Source of the DNA: Diplonema japonicum
Lineage: Eukaryota > Protista > Euglenozoa: Diplonemea
NCBI GenBank assembly: GCA_964019335.1
Contig: OZ025667.1
Coordinates: 496,001-560,000, forward strand
DNA length: 64,000 nucleotides
Direction: 5' to 3'
Part shown: one piece after another, positions 22,492 to 33,076 of the stretch
How positions within the stretch are numbered: the first letter of the stretch is position 1
How the letters are laid out: the number at the start of each line of letters is the position of its first letter
Translations under genes and position numbers: made by a program
The notes under the pieces: model-generated
Database searches by the model: none
The model's input: only the letters and a program-made list of their open reading frames with translations
Told to the model about the DNA's origin: nothing

Positions 22492-23091
22492 ATGCGTGCG
22501 GGGTGGGCACCTGTTTTAATTGTGCTCGTGCTTCTCCTTCCCAATGGGCGTAGCGTGAACGGGAACAAATGCGGTGAAACATGTCTGACAAGCTGCGATG
22601 GGGACGATATTTGTAACACATGCTATTTCACAGACACGGGGCACTTTTGCACAGCGGGTTGCGGCGGGACGTGTAGGAGTGACGGCGACTGCATCATGCC
22701 CGACTGCCCGATCTGTAGTGGCGGGAGGTGTGACCACTACACTTCACGGTGCGGGGGTAAGTGCTTCAGCGAAATTGATTGCACAGACTACCAGTGCCCT
22801 ACATGTGTGCAAGGCGTCTGCGGATCCCTGACCTGCGGCCATGAATGCTCCGACAGTTCCAACTGCATGAACATCACATGCAAAAACTGCCGCGTCATCA
22901 CCCCTCTCCTCTCTCAATGCCACCCACTTCCCTGCAACACTCGCTGCACTACCAAATCTGATTGTACTTCTCCCTCTTGCCCCTTTTGTGTCTCTTCGCT
23001 CTGCAAAGCTGCTTGCAACACACCATGCACCACATCCCAAGCCTGTCCCCCGTCCTGTCCCCACTGCACTGCCGGGATTTGTGCCGCATAG
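22492..23091 (+). CDS. Secreted Cys-rich protein with six tandem six-Cys (knottin-like) repeats
   Basis: Signal-peptide-like MRAGWAPVLIVLVLLLP; repeats C-x3-C-x3/5-C-x3/5-C-x2-C-x4/9-C. Confidence 0.75.
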   Translation: MRAGWAPVLIVLVLLLPNGRSVNGNKCGETCLTSCDGDDICNTCYFTDTGHFCTAGCGGTCRSDGDCIMPDCPICSGGRCDHYTSRCGGKCFSEIDCTDYQCPTCVQGVCGSLTCGHECSDSSNCMNITCKNCRVITPLLSQCHPLPCNTRCTTKSDCTSPSCPFCVSSLCKAACNTPCTTSQACPPSCPHCTAGICAA

Positions 23092-23140
23092 TGTAATAAC
23101 ATCCTTACATAGTTCAGCACCCAACGCATCACTCAGGAAA

Positions 23141-24352
23141 ATGCTTTCGTTGGGGGACCTGCTGGGCAGCGACAGCGATGATTCAAAAGAAGCTCGTCAG
23201 CAGGAAAAGGTGGTTGCGAAAGAGACTAGCGCATCGAGACGGTCAGAGGACACAAGCACCTTTAGCAAAAGGTCCGAGGACAGCAAGGCGCGGCTAGAGA
23301 AACGTCGTCAGGAGCAGAAGGAGAGAGAAGAGAAACAGAAAGACCACTACAGCAAGCTCCGGGAGATAAGCGGGATCCCTTCTGACAGCATACCAAAGGT
23401 CGACAGCTTCCAGTACACGTCACCTTCGCGAAGACAGCCGAGGGAGGCTGCTGCACAGTCGCCACCGAGCAAGAAGAAAGGGCGGGCGCAGTCACGGTCG
23501 TCGAGCAGTAGTTCCACTCAAGACAGCCTGGAAGAATACGGGGTGATGGTGGCGGATAGAGGCACTCAGACACATTTGGGGCAAGCAATCGAGACGCAGA
23601 CCGATCCCCCGGCAAAGGTGTTCAGCTGCAGGGAGTGTTATAAGAAGCATTTTGGTCGCGAGCCGGAAGAGTTCGACGCACAGTGTGAGCACCGCTCGGC
23701 ATTGCACAACAACAGGGACTACGAAGACTTCTGCAATATCATTCCTCCTGAGGTGCCTATCAGCGCTGCCCTGCCCACCTCTGCTCATTGGAAACTGCAA
23801 CTTAACAAGATGCACCACATGCTGAACCGCACCCTCTCGTCGCTGGCTCCCGACGTCGAGCTTGCGGGACAAGTCCTCCAAACAAAGGTGTCTTCCGGTC
23901 AAGCTGAGGTCACAGAAACGGACCAAACCCATCAGCAACCAGATAAACAGCTTCTGCAGTTGGTTTCGAACCTCGAGGTTAAGCTGTCAAGCTTGCAAGC
24001 TGCGCATGAAGACCTGCAGCAGAAACACGAGCAGCTTTCGTCACAAAAAGCATATGATGAACAAGGAACGCTTTCCCAGCCGTCTTCTTCATCCGCACCA
24101 CAATCACAATCACAACCACAACCACAACCACAACCAGAATCTCAATCTCAACCTCAACCTCAACTGCAACCACAGCCGCAGACACAGGCACTAGGTGCTT
24201 CTCTTCCCCCTGCTCCAGTACCTTATTACCCACCTTATGTATGCATAGCTCAACAAGTTAACACAACACAGTACGGGTACCCCCACTATCCATACACCGC
24301 CTGGGGCCCCGGTCCGGTGCCCAGTCCAGGATATGGCAGTTACGGCATGTAG
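23141..24352 (+). CDS. Hypothetical coiled-coil protein with QP repeats
   Basis: Long ORF; ATG after ACTCAG. Confidence 0.65.
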   Translation: MLSLGDLLGSDSDDSKEARQQEKVVAKETSASRRSEDTSTFSKRSEDSKARLEKRRQEQKEREEKQKDHYSKLREISGIPSDSIPKVDSFQYTSPSRRQPREAAAQSPPSKKKGRAQSRSSSSSSTQDSLEEYGVMVADRGTQTHLGQAIETQTDPPAKVFSCRECYKKHFGREPEEFDAQCEHRSALHNNRDYEDFCNIIPPEVPISAALPTSAHWKLQLNKMHHMLNRTLSSLAPDVELAGQVLQTKVSSGQAEVTETDQTHQQPDKQLLQLVSNLEVKLSSLQAAHEDLQQKHEQLSSQKAYDEQGTLSQPSSSSAPQSQSQPQPQPQPESQSQPQPQLQPQPQTQALGASLPPAPVPYYPPYVCIAQQVNTTQYGYPHYPYTAWGPGPVPSPGYGSYGM

Positions 24353-24419
24353 ATTAGAAGTTATTAATGTACTCATGAACTTGTTTTATCTACCGCGAAA
24401 CTGGAGACAGGAGATAAAT

Positions 24420-27400
24420 ATGAGGAGACGCAGCACGTGGAAGGGGCAGGACTTGCGGGGAAGGCAGAGCGTGGCTGCTTCAATCAGCAATGTGAAGAAA
24501 GAAGATGTGCAGAAGCTTTGCGCTGATGTGCTTCGGAATATGGACACCTCTGTGCTGGAGAAAGGGTCTGCGAGTTTTATAAAAACAGGTGTAGTTATAT
24601 GGAGCAAGAAACTGTATTATAAGATCCCTGTGGAAAAGCAGTGGTGTGAATGGTACTCACAGCTATTCACAAAGTTCCCTATTGCTAGATCGAAGGTCTC
24701 GTGGGCTTCAGAGACCAGTCTCTTCGCAAAGGAATATCAGAGAGCGGTCGCGGGTGTAATTGCCTCTCTCAGCACCTCTGCTACGGAGCTCGATTCGAAT
24801 CTTTGGCTGTGCAGGGGACTGTTGGTGCATGCAATCCCTCCAGAAGAAGTTCAATTTACTGAATATCAAGTGTCCTCGTTGCAATGCATAGGAGGATGCA
24901 TGGTGCCTTACCTCTACACCCCCCCGTACGTTATGAGTTCTTACAAAGGGACAACATACCTGGTGGTGCCACCGCTGCCTATCCCGCCCTACCAGACGTT
25001 AGTGGATATGAACAATGACGAAGGTGTAGCAGAGGTCCTGATGGGTGTTTCTGAGGTTTTGAATTTGCCTGTGGAATGGCTCCGGTCCTGCCTGGACATG
25101 CACTATGGGGGCGACGGTGCAGTTTGGTGCACGATAGCTTGCTTAACTGAGAAGGCGCCAAGTGCCTTACCTCCTCAATACCCTGTCGTAGATTGCAGCA
25201 GCATCGCCCCTTCCTTGTTGCTTCTCGAAGAGCTGTGCAGCGGGAGAGGACTGTACCATGTGTTGCAGGCTGCGAGAGTTGAGAACAATGATCTTTACAC
25301 GATCGACATCCCTACTAAGCACGGAGACTGCCCGCGATGCTGGTGCGATCATCCCCTGGGTGTCAAAGACGTTACCGCCCGATTCAGCAACGCAGTACTG
25401 CTGCTGCTGGACTACGACTCCGACATTACCGCCGTCATGCGGTCACAGTGTTTGCACCTCAAGTGTCAACACTTGGCGCTCTTGTGGGATGTGTTAGTGA
25501 TGTTGAGATTAAAAAAAGGAGGCACCAGCAACGCAAGTATACAAACGGCCTGCACAAAGCTCGCAACGGCGATCATGTATGAAGCTTGCGCGGCAGCACT
25601 GAGGGACCCTGACCTCAACGAAGAGGCTGTTGAGAACCTGTTAGACGCCTTGAAGGGAAAACATGGGCCTGCAAGGACGAAGGTGCTTGGCTTCATAGAA
25701 CAACTGCCTGTGACAGAAATGAAAACTCTGGAGGGCATGGCTGACAGCTTGCAAATATATATGCAGCTTTGCAAGGTGCATGGTCTTAAGATAAAGCGGG
25801 GTTGCTGTGACGGGTTCACTGTAGTCGTAGAGCAGCTAACCTTTCTCAATGCAGGCGTGGAATCGCCTTATCTGTCGACCCTGCAGACTTACCTCAGCTT
25901 GTTGGAAGATGGCAACGGTGCAAAAATCGATACATTCGTAAAGGAAGTGTTCCCCTTACTAGACTCAACACTTTTAAAGGACAGAATTTTGTGCATGGTA
26001 AAGAACCAGAGCGACATCTGGTACACAAACCGCCCGTCGGGGAAGCAGGCTTTAGCTCTACAGACGGTGTCGATACTCAGGATGTTACGCATCAAATTCA
26101 AGAGCCTCATCGACAGCTCCACTAGCCTCACGAGCACTTATGACAACAAAGTGGTGGCCATCAGAAGCTATTTGCAAGAGGCACATACTTGTTGGGAGCT
26201 TTCAGCAATCGACCCCTTCAGACTGCCTACCGACACGGTGTTCATCTTGTTCGGGCTCAGCTGCTGCTACGAGGGTGGGTCCAGGATCGAGCTTCTGTTG
26301 GAGTGCGCCAGCATCTTATCAAGACATCCCCGTCCTTCGAATCTCCTGAGCATCATCTACGAAGAGATCGCGAAGTGCCACACAGATGGCGCTGAACTGT
26401 GGTACAGCAGAAGCATCGAAACCATCAAACGAGAACCAGGGGACACAGTTTCAAAGTTGGCAGGTGCTCTCAACAACTTCGGGATGCTGTTCTACGTGAA
26501 ATCTGAACGGGAAGAGAAGCAAAGAGCACTTGCACTATTCACTGAGTCCTATGAGCTGTCTGTTACCGATTCCGACAAGTCCGTGGCACTCAACAACATG
26601 GCATCTGTGCATTATAAGCTAGGCGAGCTGAAGGAAGCAGAGGAGCTGTTTGAGAAATCAAAAACCCACGCAGGCGGGAGTGATACACACCTCTGCGACA
26701 AGCACATCCGTTTGTGCCAGAATAAAAGGCGCCTGCGTGCCGTGATCGTCATTCAGAACTCTTTCCGAGTTTGGGTGTCGCGGAAACAGTACAGGCGCCG
26801 TGCAGTGCTTGTCAGAGCTACGTGTGCAGGTTTGGGTGCTGCTGCAGCAGCCTTTGTTTCATATCCTGACCCTGCTGCTTCGAACATCGTTGTTTCTGTA
26901 CTTGTAATTTGCTGTGCTGCAACCCCGGTGCATTCACAGAGCACGAGTGACATTTCTGTAGTCGTATCTGGTGCGCTGCTCTGTGCTGTTGCAAGAGACC
27001 GCAAGATACTTCACCTGAACGCAACAAGCGCAGCTGTTGGATCTGCATTGGTGTATCTACTTCCACCGGCGATGAAACCCCCTCCCCCTCCCCCTCCCCT
27101 TTCCGTTGAGAACGCCGTGCAAGTAAGTGTCGCAAGTTGCTGTGCCTGTGTTGCCGTTGGTGTTTTGGAAGCCAACAAAACGACAATGCTCTCGGCAGCT
27201 CTTGTTGGCACTTTGCTAGCTGCACTGTCTGGCTGTGAAGCCATTGATGCAGGCAGACGTTCCACACTTAGCACTCATGACGCGGTGCTTCATGCAGCAA
27301 GTGTGTCTGGCGTGCTCTTGCTCAGAGTGGCGGAGCAAGATGTAAGACAGACCTCAAGTATAAATACAATGGCTGCTGCCACACTCAGCTTGGCTTCTGT

Positions 27401-29972
27401 TGCATTGACTGATCTCGAGACACAAAGACACAGTGGGATGGCATTGCTATCTGTGTCTATGGCTGTCAGTGCCGCTGTCGCAGCAGAGAAATTAGTTAGC
27501 TTGAGACATGCATCGTCTGCTGTTGCAGCTGTGCTTATGATGCTCATTGACGCACAAGGCACGGTCCAAAAGGACGAATGTAAGGGTGCCAGCTCACTCC
27601 TTGCCCTGGGTGCTGCAATAAGTAGCTACGCAGCGGGGGGCAACATAGTTAAGATGTCTGCCTCGATGGTGGTCGTGGTAGCGTCAGCAGTGCTTGCTGA
27701 GATCCAGGGTCAGACACGTCCATTAGGTCACGTTCCTGCACAGTCAAGTATTGCAGCGGTACTCGCCTTGTGTTGTGGACAAGCAAACCGTGCTTCGGAG
27801 ATCAGCAAAGCGGCAGTGCTCTCGGCCTTTGCTAGTACTTTGCTCGCTGCACTGTCTGGTTGTGAAGCCATAGATGTAAGACGCTCCGCGCTTGAAATTC
27901 ATGTTACAGCGCTTCACGCGGCAAGTGCGTCTGGCGTGTCCCTGTTCGGTGTGGTTGGGCGGGATGCAAGACAGGCTCTCAATATGAGCAGTTCTTCTGC
28001 AGTTAGTGTTGCAACGACAGCAGCCATACACGCCTTCGCTTGGCAAGTGGCACGTACCAACTTCACATGTGCCACAGCTGTAAGTAGCGTACTTTGTGCA
28101 GCTGCTTCAGCTTGTACGGCCCCTATTTCTGACATCATCGATGCCTCTGTTGCTTCTGTCCTAGCTATGTGCTGTACTGCAACGCACCAGTACATGCATT
28201 TTGCGAACAGCGCAGTTGTTGCCATGTCTGCAGCATTTCTCTGCGTAGTTGCAGAAGAGCGCAAACTGCTGTATTTAAACACAACAAGTGCAATCGTTGG
28301 GTCTGCATTAGTGTCTCTATTGCCAGCAGCTGTGGAGGTTGACGCAAAAAAACAATGCACTGTGCAAGCCATAATCACAAGCTGTGCCTGTGTTATGATC
28401 AGTGTTTTCGAAGTACACAAAGCTGCAGTCCTCTCGACACTCTCCAGCACCTTGCTCGTTTTAGCATGTGGCTCCGAGCTTGTTCAAGCACGTTGGGAGA
28501 GCGCAAAGTTAGCTGCGCTTCATGCAGCAAGTGTGTCTGGCGTGCTCTTGCTCGGAGTGGCGGAGCAAGATGTAAGACAAACCTCAAGTGTAAATACAAT
28601 GGCTGCTGCCACACTCAGCTTGGCTTCTGTTGCATTGACTGATCTCGAGACACAAAGACACAGTGGGGTGGCGTTGCTATCTGTGTCTGCGGCTGTCAGT
28701 GCCGCTGTCGCAGCAGAGAAATTAGTTAACCTTCGTACTGCCCTAGTATCTCCGGTTCTAGGTGCTGCAATTGCGGTACAGTTTGTGTGCTTCAGGAGAG
28801 CTTCCGTTGAAGCATCTACTACAGGTGCACTGTGCGTAGCTTACGCGGGCAATGCTGTTGTCCGCCAAATGGTTGTGGAGATGTCGGTTCGGAGCGTGTT
28901 GAGTGCATGCGCCGTGGGTGCTCTGCAGGGTGCTGCTCGAAAGCTAAATGTAAATACCATTGTCACATCTGCTCTCAGTACAACTATAGTCGCAGCTGTT
29001 GAACACGAAAGATGGGCTGCTACAATGGCTGCAGCGACACATGCCGCTCTGTACATCGGAGTCGCTAGTTACAAAGAAGTAGTTACCGCACGTATTTGTT
29101 GTGTCAGTGCTTTGTCTGTAGGTTGCGAGATAGCTGTGGCCCGCTACTGGTACCAGGCAACGCCTGTAGTGCTCGGTGCTGTGGTGGTTTTCGCGACCTA
29201 CAAGCAGAAGTTGGCCAAAGTAGAAACACTGAAGCGAAGGCTGAGAAGGAAAACTTTGAAAGCCGCTGTGACATCGGTGATAGGCATGATGCCACGTGGC
29301 TCAGGGCAGCACTGGTTTGCACCCGTGTCGCTTGACGTGAGTAGGTACGAGGTGAGCAGGTGCTGTATTGTGCAGGGGGACAGCCAGATGCAAGAGGAAG
29401 ATCTGCTTAAAAGAATATCCGGCGTGTTTCAAAGAGAGAATCAACGGAAAACCGCTCTGGCGAAGCTGTTGATTTACGAAACGGGGGCGAAGAGGGCTGC
29501 GCTTGGGGCAAGCTGTGTCGTTGTGATGTGCGCCCAAAACGTTTTCATTAAACGCAAATTCAGCAGGCAGCACAGCATGCTGTCCACTGTGCCCACGTGG
29601 TGTGTGCAATATGCAAATTTCAGTCTGATCCCCACACCTTCACCGCCTCCTCAAGAGGAGATTCCTTTGGATCACATACCAGAGCCACCTGTAGATCATA
29701 AACCAGAGCAACCTGCCTATATGCGTACATCCGTTCTGACTCCCCAACCTCCCCCGCCTACCCCATGTCCAGAGCAAAATGTGGTTAAGCTGCCCGACAT
29801 AAGCTCACGACAGCAAACAAACTGGAGCGCCATCTACGACTGCTCCCTGAGGCTCGATAGGCACCTCCGTGACATGCACCCCACAACACAAGCGGAACGC
29901 ATGCTGCTCGTCTCCCGCAAGCGAGACAACACCTTCCTCATGGAAGCATGTGAGCAAATTTGTAACACATGA
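24420..29972 (+). CDS. Large protein: degenerate CLU-like region, TPRs, IQ motif, ~800-aa Ala/Val/Ser/Cys-rich repetitive region
   Basis: ALNNFGMLF and ALNNMASVH TPRs (~26455-26660); IQNSFRVWVSRKQY; uninterrupted 5.5-kb frame. Confidence 0.75.
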   Translation: MRRRSTWKGQDLRGRQSVAASISNVKKEDVQKLCADVLRNMDTSVLEKGSASFIKTGVVIWSKKLYYKIPVEKQWCEWYSQLFTKFPIARSKVSWASETSLFAKEYQRAVAGVIASLSTSATELDSNLWLCRGLLVHAIPPEEVQFTEYQVSSLQCIGGCMVPYLYTPPYVMSSYKGTTYLVVPPLPIPPYQTLVDMNNDEGVAEVLMGVSEVLNLPVEWLRSCLDMHYGGDGAVWCTIACLTEKAPSALPPQYPVVDCSSIAPSLLLLEELCSGRGLYHVLQAARVENNDLYTIDIPTKHGDCPRCWCDHPLGVKDVTARFSNAVLLLLDYDSDITAVMRSQCLHLKCQHLALLWDVLVMLRLKKGGTSNASIQTACTKLATAIMYEACAAALRDPDLNEEAVENLLDALKGKHGPARTKVLGFIEQLPVTEMKTLEGMADSLQIYMQLCKVHGLKIKRGCCDGFTVVVEQLTFLNAGVESPYLSTLQTYLSLLEDGNGAKIDTFVKEVFPLLDSTLLKDRILCMVKNQSDIWYTNRPSGKQALALQTVSILRMLRIKFKSLIDSSTSLTSTYDNKVVAIRSYLQEAHTCWELSAIDPFRLPTDTVFILFGLSCCYEGGSRIELLLECASILSRHPRPSNLLSIIYEEIAKCHTDGAELWYSRSIETIKREPGDTVSKLAGALNNFGMLFYVKSEREEKQRALALFTESYELSVTDSDKSVALNNMASVHYKLGELKEAEELFEKSKTHAGGSDTHLCDKHIRLCQNKRRLRAVIVIQNSFRVWVSRKQYRRRAVLVRATCAGLGAAAAAFVSYPDPAASNIVVSVLVICCAATPVHSQSTSDISVVVSGALLCAVARDRKILHLNATSAAVGSALVYLLPPAMKPPPPPPPLSVENAVQVSVASCCACVAVGVLEANKTTMLSAALVGTLLAALSGCEAIDAGRRSTLSTHDAVLHAASVSGVLLLRVAEQDVRQTSSINTMAAATLSLASVALTDLETQRHSGMALLSVSMAVSAAVAAEKLVSLRHASSAVAAVLMMLIDAQGTVQKDECKGASSLLALGAAISSYAAGGNIVKMSASMVVVVASAVLAEIQGQTRPLGHVPAQSSIAAVLALCCGQANRASEISKAAVLSAFASTLLAALSGCEAIDVRRSALEIHVTALHAASASGVSLFGVVGRDARQALNMSSSSAVSVATTAAIHAFAWQVARTNFTCATAVSSVLCAAASACTAPISDIIDASVASVLAMCCTATHQYMHFANSAVVAMSAAFLCVVAEERKLLYLNTTSAIVGSALVSLLPAAVEVDAKKQCTVQAIITSCACVMISVFEVHKAAVLSTLSSTLLVLACGSELVQARWESAKLAALHAASVSGVLLLGVAEQDVRQTSSVNTMAAATLSLASVALTDLETQRHSGVALLSVSAAVSAAVAAEKLVNLRTALVSPVLGAAIAVQFVCFRRASVEASTTGALCVAYAGNAVVRQMVVEMSVRSVLSACAVGALQGAARKLNVNTIVTSALSTTIVAAVEHERWAATMAAATHAALYIGVASYKEVVTARICCVSALSVGCEIAVARYWYQATPVVLGAVVVFATYKQKLAKVETLKRRLRRKTLKAAVTSVIGMMPRGSGQHWFAPVSLDVSRYEVSRCCIVQGDSQMQEEDLLKRISGVFQRENQRKTALAKLLIYETGAKRAALGASCVVVMCAQNVFIKRKFSRQHSMLSTVPTWCVQYANFSLIPTPSPPPQEEIPLDHIPEPPVDHKPEQPAYMRTSVLTPQPPPPTPCPEQNVVKLPDISSRQQTNWSAIYDCSLRLDRHLRDMHPTTQAERMLLVSRKRDNTFLMEACEQICNT
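27287..28728 (+). repeat. Near-identical 212-nt direct repeat (27287-27498 and 28517-28728) within a degenerate ~1.23-kb duplication
   Basis: gcttcatgcagcaagtgtgtctggcg...gagaaattagtta occurs twice with about 7 mismatches, offset 1230. Confidence 0.9.
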
Positions 29973-30099
29973 CCACGCACATCGTAGAGGGGTGCTTTCC
30001 AGTACCGCTCGTCTTCTTAATACTCGGAGCTGGTACGACTGGCATCTTTAGAGCAGAGTTTTTTTTTATAGTTTATCACCATATAGGTAGGCAGCCAAG

Positions 30100-32418
30100 A
30101 TGAGCGACAGTGAAGAAGACACATCGCGAGACTTTGAGGGGGCGAGCAATGCGAAGCTGGGCAACTTGTTTGCCTCAGACAGGCAAAAGGCCTCTGGAAG
30201 TAGTACATTTAAATGGGAGCCACCAAAGAAGAAGAAAGAACTCAGGGAAGACAAGCCAGGGTCCCCCGACCCGTCCGTCAATGCGGGAGAGGACCTAGTT
30301 CTGGAGAACATAATGGTGCAACTGTTTCAGAACGAGCAGCAAGTAGGCACTGCTATGTGCTACCTCAGGTCCAAGCCCCAGGCAAGTGGGCCGCCACAGG
30401 TCTCGCTCCTCTTTGTGGACAGGACAAAGCGGAAGCTTCTGGAAACGGTTCTTACCTCCAGCACGTACTGGATACAAACGCCTTACGACGGGCAGCAGCA
30501 GTACGTGTCTATGCAGGACGCGACAGGCGCAATGTGGACCATCCAGTTCAGGAAGGTGGATGAGGCGACACGGTTCACACAAACTATTTACACCGTTCAG
30601 CACTCGCTGTCAGTGCTGGAGGGCACCTTGAGGACGACCTTCGAGCTTCTCGGGGGTTCTGGTGATGTGATGGAAGAAGGCGACCTGCTGGGAATCAAAT
30701 ATAAGTACTTCAAAGCTTCACCTTACGAGAAGTGCCCGTGTCTCATGAAGGTCGACGTGCCGTTCGAAGAGGTGAAAGAAGGGGACACCAAGAAGGTCCG
30801 GCTGGGGGATGGGAAAATCATGGCGGGTGTTGCTGACTGTCTACGCGAGATGAACAAGGGCCACAGGAGGTTTCTTGTGTTGCCACCAACAAAAACAGCG
30901 AACGGCAGCGGTATGAGGCCTGATAGTGTTGGTGCACACGATACTGTGTGCTGCTTCTTAGAGATAGCAAAGGTGAAGAAGGCTACACCTGCTGAGGAAC
31001 CGTCCAGCGCGCTCGTTATAGTGGAGCAGCCAGAGCCTGTACCCGTGGCTCCTTATGTTGAACCTGTGGCCGTATCCCCTGCCCCTGAACCAACCCCTCA
31101 GGCAGCTGTCCAGCCAACTCCTGCACCTACACAACCCGCAGCCGCACCTCCCGCAGCCGCACCTCCTGCAGCACCCGTGGACACAAACACTCTGCTTACT
31201 ACACTGCTGGTGAATCAACTTCAAGGGAACCAGCCCAAACCAGAGGTTACATCTGAAGCCACTGACGTCGCGAGAGGCATCGACAGGCTCATGGTGCAGA
31301 TGGGACAGCTGTATCAGAAGCTGGACCACATCGACATCACCAGGAAGCTGGAAGAGAACAACGAAAAGGTGGAGGGTATATTCCGCCGTGTTGTTGGGAA
31401 GGCCCCCTCGGCGGGCTACGACCCGCTGAAGCAAGGCATCGACAGGGACGCCGACATGTCGACGGTGTTGGCTGAGCTGGAGAAGAGAGACAAGAAAATC
31501 GAAGAGTTGACAGAAAGCTACCACAACGCACTCGCGACGATATCGAACACCAAGGAAGAGACGGGTTATTTGAAGAACGATTTGCAAATCGAGAGGGACA
31601 CAGCGATAGAACGGTTGAAGGAAGCAAACGAGCGCCACAGACTGGCGATGGTGGACAACGATGTGAAGGCACGACAAGAGAAAGACTATGCCACAGAGAG
31701 GGCAAGGAAAGAAGGCAAGGAAGAGGGATACAAACTGGGCATGGCAGAGGGGGAGAGAGAAGCGTTTTTAAAACAGGTAGTGTACCCGGTACTCCGTTTA
31801 AACAAGTAAATATACAGGCTGGTGGCGATCAAGACGAGGTGTTCAAGCAACTGGAGACATCGAGAGAAGAGAATGTGCAGATGCAACAGGAACTCTTGAA
31901 TATGCAAAAGAAGTTAGGGGTATGCTACGAGTGATGAGTAAACACATTTACAGGATGAACGAAAGCAGCACGATCAGCAGGTAGAGCTGCTGAACCAACT
32001 GATCAGCAAGTACGAAGAAAGAGAAGAGAAGGAGAAGAACATGACTGCGACAGGCACTGGCAACGGCGGGCTGCCTAAAGATGAGGTGCTTCTGGTGGTG
32101 ACGAAGTCCCTTAAGAAGATCATGAATAATGTGTACTTCAGGTTCGAAGAAGTACTGAAGGAGAATGAGATAGGCCACTTGGACACAACACTCGTGAAAG
32201 TGGTAAAGTCCAGCACAAAGGAAGCCATTGCTCAGATTAAGACAGACCTCGATGGCATGCAGCCCCCACAGGCCCCTGCACAAGAGGCCCGTGGATTTGA
32301 CACTGCCTTCTCTGAAGGCTTTCCTCCCATGCCCGCGGGCCTCCCTGACTTCTCTTCTTCTCTCCCTCCTCCTCCTCCTCCCTCTGGAGACATGCCGCCC
32401 CCTCCCCCTCCGCAGTAA
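30100..32418 (+). CDS. FKBP15: FKBP15/WAFL-like protein (WH1-like, FKBP-like, coiled coil); introns 31777-31817, 31920-31953
   Basis: N-terminal AKLGNLF...TFKWEPPK resembles FKBP15 RLASLF...FQYTAPK; FKBP-like KVRLGDGKIMAGV...MNKGHRRFLVLPP; splices FLKQ|AGG and KLG|DER join ORFs 30100 and 32041. Confidence 0.8.
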
Positions 32419-33076
32419 TAGCTGTTTCTCGTGTGGTTTGGTTTTTTTTTTTTTCTCGTTTCTTTTTTTTGTTTTTTTTTGTTTTTGTTCTTACGCCCCT
32501 TTTTCTTTGCCCCTTTTCTTTTTGCATCGACAGGAAAAAGTGTTTTGCCCCCGTCCTCCTCCTCGTCCTATTATTTCTCCTTTATTTTGCCTTTTCCCCT
32601 TCTTCAGCACTGTAACTGCGTATTGTGACCTTCCCGCCTTCAGGGCACCGCACCGACGTTTTATCCCTCACCACCCCTAAACTCCGAGAGAAAAAAAATG
32701 AATGAGGGAGGGGAAAAAAAAAGAAAATTGAAAAAAAACTTCCCCTACTCTCCTGCTTCGCACTTTGGGGAATTGAATGTTTAGTTCTTGTTGTGGTCCC
32801 ATCCTCTCGAATACACTTCTCGAAGAAAAAAAAAAAAAAAAAGAAAACAAATCTTCTTTCCTGTTTTTGCGAAAACAAAACGAGAAAAAAAAAATCTCTT
32901 TCCACGAATCCCTTAGCCTTAGTGCCCGTTCTTTTATTTATGTTCCTTCTTTTTTTTAAAAAAAAACATATTTTTTGCAAAACACATGCCCTCCAATGCC
33001 ATACCACAACAGGTGTACACTTTGTGCTTTGATACACGCCCACACCACCCCGCGTGCCCCTGACCCATTACCCCTC

